64,000 nt of DNA. Origin: a virus. Lineage: Duplodnaviria; Caudoviricetes. The notes beneath the pieces were generated by a model that saw only the letters and a list, made by a program, of their open reading frames with translations, searched no databases and was not told the origin of the DNA. Every line of letters begins with the position of its first letter. Positions within the stretch are counted from its first letter, which is position 1. Positions 58,626 through 64,000 of this stretch are shown here, one piece after another. A program made the translations under genes and the position numbers. The stretch is from positions 17,422 to 81,421 of the IMG/VR virus record IMGVR_UViG_3300030102_008735. One strand, given 5' to 3'.

Positions 58626-59898
58626 TTTAGGAATATTAAATCAATTTGTAAATGAAATGAAAAGTACTTCTTCACTTAATGAAAAGAAGGCTATCATAGA
58701 TAGTTACAAAGACAATGAATTTGTTATGAAGGCTATAAGATATACTTATGATCCATATAAAAAGTATAATGTCACAAGTAAAAATTGTAAAAAGAATAGT
58801 CATTTAACAACAAAGTACCCTCACGATACAATATTTAATTTATTAAAACATTTAGATAGAAGAACTTTTACTGGCCATTCAGCAATTGAGGTTGTAAATG
58901 GATTTGTTGAAGCAAATAAAGAATATGAAGATCTAATTTTTGGCATTCTTGATAGAAATATTGAAATAAGAGCAAATGCTAGTGTATTTAATAAAATAGT
59001 TCCAGGACTTGTACCAACATTTGATGTTGCATTGGCAACTAAATATGAACCAAGATTTTGTGATTTTGATAATGAAGAGTGGTTTGCAAGTAGAAAATTG
59101 GATGGCGTAAGATGTATTGTTAGAAAAGAAGGCGATACTATCAAAGCTTTCTCAAGAGCTGGGAATGAATTCACAACTTTACAAAAAGTATTAGATGATG
59201 TAGCAATGATGCCAGGTGACTTTGTTTTAGATGGGGAGATATGTTTGATGGATGAAAATGGCAATGAAGATTTTCAAGGTATCATGAAACAAATCAAAAA
59301 GAAAGAACATACTATTGAGAATCCAAAATTTGTTATATTTGATTACATAACACTAAAAGAATTTGATACAAAGGAAGGAACTACAAGGTTATCGGACAGA
59401 ATAGATGGATTGTCGGTACTTAATAAATCTTTAGAAAAAACATTAAGTGTATTGGACCAACATAAAATTGAAAGTGAAGAAGAACTTTTAGAGGTGACAG
59501 CTGAAGCTGAAGCCAATGGTTATGAAGGAGTTATGTTAAGAAAGAACGTTGGTTATGAAGGTAAGAGAAGCAAGAATCTTTTAAAATGTAAAAAATTCCA
59601 TGATGCTGAATATATTGTTGAAAGTATTGTAAATGACACAATGAGATTTATTGAAGATGGACAAGACGTTGAAAGAGAAACATTAAGTTATATAACAATA
59701 ACTCATAAGGGATATGAAGTAAGAGTAGGTTCAGGATTCTCTAAAGAGCAAAGAGAAAAGTATTACACAAATCCAGAATCTCTTATAGGAAAAACAATTA
59801 CCGTACAATATTTTGAAGAAAGTAAAAACCAACAAGGGGAATTGAGTTTGAGATTCCCAACCATAAAACATATATTTGAAAATGGAAGAAATGTCTAA
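58612..59898 (+). CDS. lig: ATP-dependent DNA ligase
   Basis: RKLDGVR, LDGE, FD, EGVMLR, GSGF, LRFP. Confidence 0.95.
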   Translation: MIDNNLGILNQFVNEMKSTSSLNEKKAIIDSYKDNEFVMKAIRYTYDPYKKYNVTSKNCKKNSHLTTKYPHDTIFNLLKHLDRRTFTGHSAIEVVNGFVEANKEYEDLIFGILDRNIEIRANASVFNKIVPGLVPTFDVALATKYEPRFCDFDNEEWFASRKLDGVRCIVRKEGDTIKAFSRAGNEFTTLQKVLDDVAMMPGDFVLDGEICLMDENGNEDFQGIMKQIKKKEHTIENPKFVIFDYITLKEFDTKEGTTRLSDRIDGLSVLNKSLEKTLSVLDQHKIESEEELLEVTAEAEANGYEGVMLRKNVGYEGKRSKNLLKCKKFHDAEYIVESIVNDTMRFIEDGQDVERETLSYITITHKGYEVRVGSGFSKEQREKYYTNPESLIGKTITVQYFEESKNQQGELSLRFPTIKHIFENGRNV

Positions 59899-60301
59899 TA
59901 AAAAGATTGATATGGACTATGATGGTATGGGTAATCAAGGAAGATTTCCAGAACCAATAAAAAAACCAATAAAAAAAATAAATAATATGAAAGATACTAC
60001 AGGAAAATTTTTAATGTTTGCAATAGCATTTTTATTGACAATGTTAATTATGTTAACAGGATGTGAAAAAGAGGAATTTATAGATGACTCAGAATGTTGC
60101 ACAGAATGTTGTGAACCTCAAAGAATAAAGCCAGAGGTAAGCATGATTGAATCTGTTAAGCCAAATGTTAGTACAATTGAACAAGTATGTTGTGATTGGG
60201 ACGCTGCAAATTTTCAGTTTGAATTTCAAGGTCATAATGTAAATCAATTGTATTTTACAAATAGCTCATTATGTAATGATGAATTATGTGTTTACTACTA
60301 A
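59891..60301 (+). CDS. Cys-rich lipoprotein (alternative start 59987)
   Basis: Hydrophobic stretch ending in the lipobox LTGC. Confidence 0.65.
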   Translation: MSNKKIDMDYDGMGNQGRFPEPIKKPIKKINNMKDTTGKFLMFAIAFLLTMLIMLTGCEKEEFIDDSECCTECCEPQRIKPEVSMIESVKPNVSTIEQVCCDWDAANFQFEFQGHNVNQLYFTNSSLCNDELCVYY

Positions 60302-60353
60302 ATAAAAATTTCTAAAAATAAGAGTAATTAAATAGAAAAAATATTTATATAAT

Positions 60354-60629
60354 ATGGAAGAATTATTCAAATATGGATTTAATGATAGAGGAGAAGTTGA
60401 TGAAATGGTTGACTTAATAAGAGATGAAACTCTAAATGTAGGATTTTTAATGATAGTTGAGAATACTTATGAAGACCTAAAGTCATTAGGAATAGAAAAT
60501 CCTAGAGCCATTGCACAAAAGTTGATAGAGTATTTTGAATCTACTGAAGAATATGAAAAATGTTCTAGGTTACTTAAATTTATCAAAAAATCTAAAAAAG
60601 TTATTAACAATTCTAAAAAAAATGCATAG
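60354..60629 (+). CDS. Hypothetical protein (UVR-like YFE..EEYEKC motif)
   Basis: ORF just after ATATTTAT. Confidence 0.65.
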   Translation: MEELFKYGFNDRGEVDEMVDLIRDETLNVGFLMIVENTYEDLKSLGIENPRAIAQKLIEYFESTEEYEKCSRLLKFIKKSKKVINNSKKNA

Positions 60630-60654
60630 TTGGGAGAAAAAAGTTGTGAAAAAA

Positions 60655-60686
60655 TTTTTTTTTGTCAATTGTTATGGTTATTTTTA
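60655..60686 (+). promoter_or_regulatory. Conserved phage promoter, copy 7
   Basis: TTTTTTTTTGTCAA-N6-TGGTTATTTTTA. Confidence 0.7.
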
Positions 60687-60729
60687 TATATAACAAATTG
60701 GAAATAGTAGTTAATTAAAAAGACAATTT

Positions 60730-62811
60730 ATGAATAATAACAATACATATGGAAACTCATCATTTTGGTTCAATGACCAATGGAATAACGAAGACGGATT
60801 TGATGTAATTACTGGTGAAGCTTTAGAAGTAAAACCTGGTAAAGACCTCATAAAATTAGCAGCATATCAACGTGCAATTGCAAACTTCGTAAATATAGTT
60901 ACTGGTCAAAATATACCGGTAAAATTTAAAAATAATAATGATGGTAATAGTTACACTGATGGCAAATCTGTTACAATCAGTTCTAACTTAAAAGAAAAAG
61001 ATTTTGATCCAGCTGTTGGATTAGCATTACACGAAGGTAGTCATATAAAACTTACCGACTTTAAAGTTCTTAAAGATTTAGTTGATGGAGATCTTTTCCC
61101 TGATGAAATAGTTGATTTTATTATGATGAAATATAGTGTTGACAAATGGGTTGCTCATAACTATATTGTCAAGTATGTAAAAATGTTACTTAACGTAATA
61201 GAAGACCGTAGAATAGATAACTTTATTTACAATTCTGCTCCAGGATATCAAGGATACTACCATGCAATGTATGATAGATACTTTAATTCTAAAATAGTTG
61301 ATAAAGGTCTTAAATCATCTGAAAAGAGAGAAGCAAACTGGGAATCTTATTCATTTAGAATTATCAATATTACTAATCATAATCGTGATATGAAAGCATT
61401 ACCTGGTCTTATGAGGATATGGAAAGTATTAGACCTTAAAAATATTGGTAGATTAAAAAACACTCGTGATTCATTAGATGTAGCATATGAAATATTCAAA
61501 ATAGTTGAACAGTATATACCAGCTAAAGAAGATAGTGAATGTAAAGGTAAATGTGATAGTGGTAATGGTTCTGAAAATGGTAACGGAAATGATACTACAT
61601 GTACAGGAATAACATCAGATGATGGTTCTATTGCAGAAGGTGGAGAGGCTAAAAAAGGTTCAAGCAATAAAGGTGGTTCTACACAGGCACCAGAATTATC
61701 AAGTTCTCAGCAAAGACAATTGGCCAAAGCAATTGAAAAGCAAGAAACAATGCTTAATGATGATATCAAAAAAACTGGCCTTAGTAAAAAGGATGCAACT
61801 ATTCTTAATACATTATCAAAATCAAATTCATATTCAACACAGAAAGTTGCTCAAGGAGTAGAATATAATAATGATTGGCAAAACCGAGTATGTAAAGGCG
61901 TAAATGTTCTTATTGTTGATAATGTAACTAAAAAAACAATTGAAGACGATACATTTGATATTTTCTTAAAATCAAATGGTATGAATGATAGGGATCATTA
62001 TTCTGATTTTAAAGTTTCTGAAATGACAAATACTATTGACGAAGGATTTAGATTAGGTGCAAGATTAGGTACTAAACTAAAGGTAAGAAACGAGGTTAGA
62101 AAATTGGATTTTAATAGATTACCTAAAGGACGTTTAGATAAAAGATTATTGGCATCACTAGGATATGGTTCTCAAAATGTATTTAAAACTTCAGTATTTG
62201 AAAAGTTTAATGCTGCAAATATTCATGTAAGTATTGATGCTAGTGGTAGTATGTCTGGTGCAAGATACCATAAGGCAATGGTTACAGCTGTTGCAATTGC
62301 TAAAGCTGCACAAATGGCAGGAAATATAAATGTACAAATATCATTTAGAACAACTTGTGAATTAAACAGGATTCTTACACCAGTTATTATTATGGCATAT
62401 GATAGTAGAAAAGATAATATCCACAAAATTAAAAGTATATTTCCTCATGTATGTAGATTAGGTGTAACACCAGAAGGATTATGTTTTGAAGCAATACAGA
62501 AACAAATATTAGAATCATCTAATGATATGGATAGTTACTTTTTAAATCTTTCAGATGGTGAACCTTGGTTTAAGCAAGAAGGTACAGGATTTGAATACTA
62601 TGGTTCTAATGCCATTAAACATGGTAAAGGTGAAGTCAACAAAATGAGAGATAAAGGTGTAAATGTTTTAAGTTACTTCATAGATGGTAATAAAGCATCA
62701 GGGTCTTGGATTAGATTTATGGAAATGTACGGAAAAGATTCAGAAGCAATAGATACAACAAACATAACTCAGTTAGCAAAAACATTAAATAATATGTTCT
62801 TAAAAAAGTAA
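60730..62811 (+). CDS. CobT-like HEXXH metallopeptidase-like domain plus VWA domain
   Basis: LHEGSH, NVIEDRRID, low-complexity linker, MIDAS DASGS, LSDGEP. Confidence 0.88.
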   Translation: MNNNNTYGNSSFWFNDQWNNEDGFDVITGEALEVKPGKDLIKLAAYQRAIANFVNIVTGQNIPVKFKNNNDGNSYTDGKSVTISSNLKEKDFDPAVGLALHEGSHIKLTDFKVLKDLVDGDLFPDEIVDFIMMKYSVDKWVAHNYIVKYVKMLLNVIEDRRIDNFIYNSAPGYQGYYHAMYDRYFNSKIVDKGLKSSEKREANWESYSFRIINITNHNRDMKALPGLMRIWKVLDLKNIGRLKNTRDSLDVAYEIFKIVEQYIPAKEDSECKGKCDSGNGSENGNGNDTTCTGITSDDGSIAEGGEAKKGSSNKGGSTQAPELSSSQQRQLAKAIEKQETMLNDDIKKTGLSKKDATILNTLSKSNSYSTQKVAQGVEYNNDWQNRVCKGVNVLIVDNVTKKTIEDDTFDIFLKSNGMNDRDHYSDFKVSEMTNTIDEGFRLGARLGTKLKVRNEVRKLDFNRLPKGRLDKRLLASLGYGSQNVFKTSVFEKFNAANIHVSIDASGSMSGARYHKAMVTAVAIAKAAQMAGNINVQISFRTTCELNRILTPVIIMAYDSRKDNIHKIKSIFPHVCRLGVTPEGLCFEAIQKQILESSNDMDSYFLNLSDGEPWFKQEGTGFEYYGSNAIKHGKGEVNKMRDKGVNVLSYFIDGNKASGSWIRFMEMYGKDSEAIDTTNITQLAKTLNNMFLKK

Positions 62812-62815
62812 AGAT

Positions 62816-63187
62816 ATGAATGAAAAAAGGTTATATGAATTTCAAAAAATAAAGAAATCAATCAAAAGAAAATTTCCAAATGCAACTACAAAGTTTTCAA
62901 CTTCAGCAGGATATAAAGTTGAAGATGGAAATGGTAAGGCAATTATTGCAAATTATCCAGATCTGTGTTACTCGGATACAGTATTTGGTGCTTGGAAAAA
63001 CACAAATATTGTTCTACATTGGAATAATATCGAGAATAGAAATGTAAAAAAATCAAGAATAGACATAAAGAATATTGTTGGAAATAGTGACAATATACCA
63101 GCAAAGGAGGGTTGGGAATATAAAGATTCTCATGTTTCAAATACTGGTGAAGTTTATGACGAAGCAAATCAATTAATGGAGGAATAA
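62816..63187 (+). CDS. Hypothetical protein
   Basis: Packed ORF. Confidence 0.7.
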   Translation: MNEKRLYEFQKIKKSIKRKFPNATTKFSTSAGYKVEDGNGKAIIANYPDLCYSDTVFGAWKNTNIVLHWNNIENRNVKKSRIDIKNIVGNSDNIPAKEGWEYKDSHVSNTGEVYDEANQLMEE

Positions 63188-63190
63188 AAT

Positions 63191-63400
63191 ATGTATTATG
63201 TAGCAAACGTTAGATTCACAGACGATAGTCGTAAAGGTGCAAAACAATTCACAAAGGAGTTTTTAGTAGAGGCAGTAAGTATTACTGATGCTGAAACGAC
63301 TTTAACACGAGCTTTAACTGAGGAGGGAACAATATTGGACTATGAAGTTAGAGGTATACGTGCAAGTAGAATTGAAGAAGTTTATGCAAAGCCTGAATAG
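63191..63400 (+). CDS. DUF4494-like small protein
   Basis: EFLVEAVSITDAE..YEV..I..SRIEEV. Confidence 0.7.
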   Translation: MYYVANVRFTDDSRKGAKQFTKEFLVEAVSITDAETTLTRALTEEGTILDYEVRGIRASRIEEVYAKPE

Positions 63401-63402
63401 TT

Positions 63403-63567
63403 ATGGCATGGGAAGATTTATTCTGGGAAATTCACAAGTATGTTGAAGACTCAGGGAAGAAGAAACAGTTTAATGAAGAACTAAAAAAGCTTGAAGAAGA
63501 TGAACAATGGAGATACAGTGACACAAGATCATTGTGGCAAGAGGCTTATTACAGGATACAGGATTAA
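63403..63567 (+). CDS. 54-aa hypothetical protein (not in ORF track)
   Basis: MAWEDLFWEIH...QEAYYRIQD*; TAATG overlap with the next gene. Confidence 0.6.
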   Translation: MAWEDLFWEIHKYVEDSGKKKQFNEELKKLEEDEQWRYSDTRSLWQEAYYRIQD

Positions 63568-63815
63568 TGAAATCATTAGTAACGGGAAAAATAGATATGA
63601 AAGTACATATTTGGATAGATAAAAATGATGTTAGTAATTTGGCTAATGGAAAAACGGATATAGATTTTTGGTATAGGAAGCCTAGCTTTCCTAATAAGAA
63701 AAATAGAGAAACTGTAATGGTATCAACATCAGCTGATACATTTCAAGCCTTGTTAGATCATGAGGCAGTAGATGATATTCAAGATGATGAATTTTTGGAA
63801 GCATTTGGTGATTAA
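63567..63815 (+). CDS. Hypothetical protein
   Basis: ATG 63567 in a TAATG overlap. Confidence 0.6.
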   Translation: MKSLVTGKIDMKVHIWIDKNDVSNLANGKTDIDFWYRKPSFPNKKNRETVMVSTSADTFQALLDHEAVDDIQDDEFLEAFGD

Positions 63816-64000
63816 TGACTATGCCAAGAAAAACTAAAATAACATATGCATATCATGACTATGTCCATGCATGGAAAACATTAAAGGAAGCAAAAAGAAA
63901 CTATGACCTTGGTCTAATTTTGAGAGAAGAACTTTTTGATCACCAAATGTTTGAACACGAAATGGAATGCGAATTTATAGATGTGCTTAAGAGTAGATAA
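63815..64000 (+). CDS. Hypothetical protein
   Basis: 61-aa ORF, TAATG overlap. Confidence 0.6.
   Translation: MTMPRKTKITYAYHDYVHAWKTLKEAKRNYDLGLILREELFDHQMFEHEMECEFIDVLKSR

Overview
AT-rich, gene-dense segment of a large (probably jumbo, T4-like-distant) dsDNA bacteriophage genome. All credible genes are on the + strand and use the standard code. A T9SS C-terminal sorting domain, Bacteroidota-type beta-barrels and lipoproteins and TAnnTTT(G/A) promoter cores point to a Bacteroidota/FCB host, probably marine. Layout: (1) 0.1-9.5 kb, cytosine hypermodification cluster: gp42-like dCMP hydroxymethylase, gp56-like dCTPase, dCMP deaminase, BGT-like DNA glycosyltransferase, a HAD/SIS/epimerase/NTase-kinase sugar-activation pathway and a divergent C5-methyltransferase. 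The glycosyltransferase and the MTase both end in a beta-clamp-type motif. (2) 9.5-16.5 kb, PolB, GroES/GroEL and a Cas4/RecB-like nuclease. (3) 16.5-38.1 kb, a ~22 kb glycan island (about 11 glycosyltransferases, NeuA/NeuB, carbamoyltransferase, WbpB/WbpD/WecB-like genes). (4) 38.9-55.2 kb, a putative lysin, a family of basic modular proteins sharing an N-terminal M-[IK]-[KN]-L-K-x-I-x(1,2)-E tag and internal [LMVI]-x-E junctions (putative capsid-targeted, prohead-protease-cleaved polyproteins), and an envelope operon headed by a 1645-aa Cys-repeat T9SS cargo. (5) 55.6-64 kb, a beta-barrel protein, HNH-like, 3D-domain, SWIM, DNA ligase and VWA genes. A bipartite promoter with fixed spacing occurs 7 times. 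All family assignments come from motifs recognised by eye; no searches were run.
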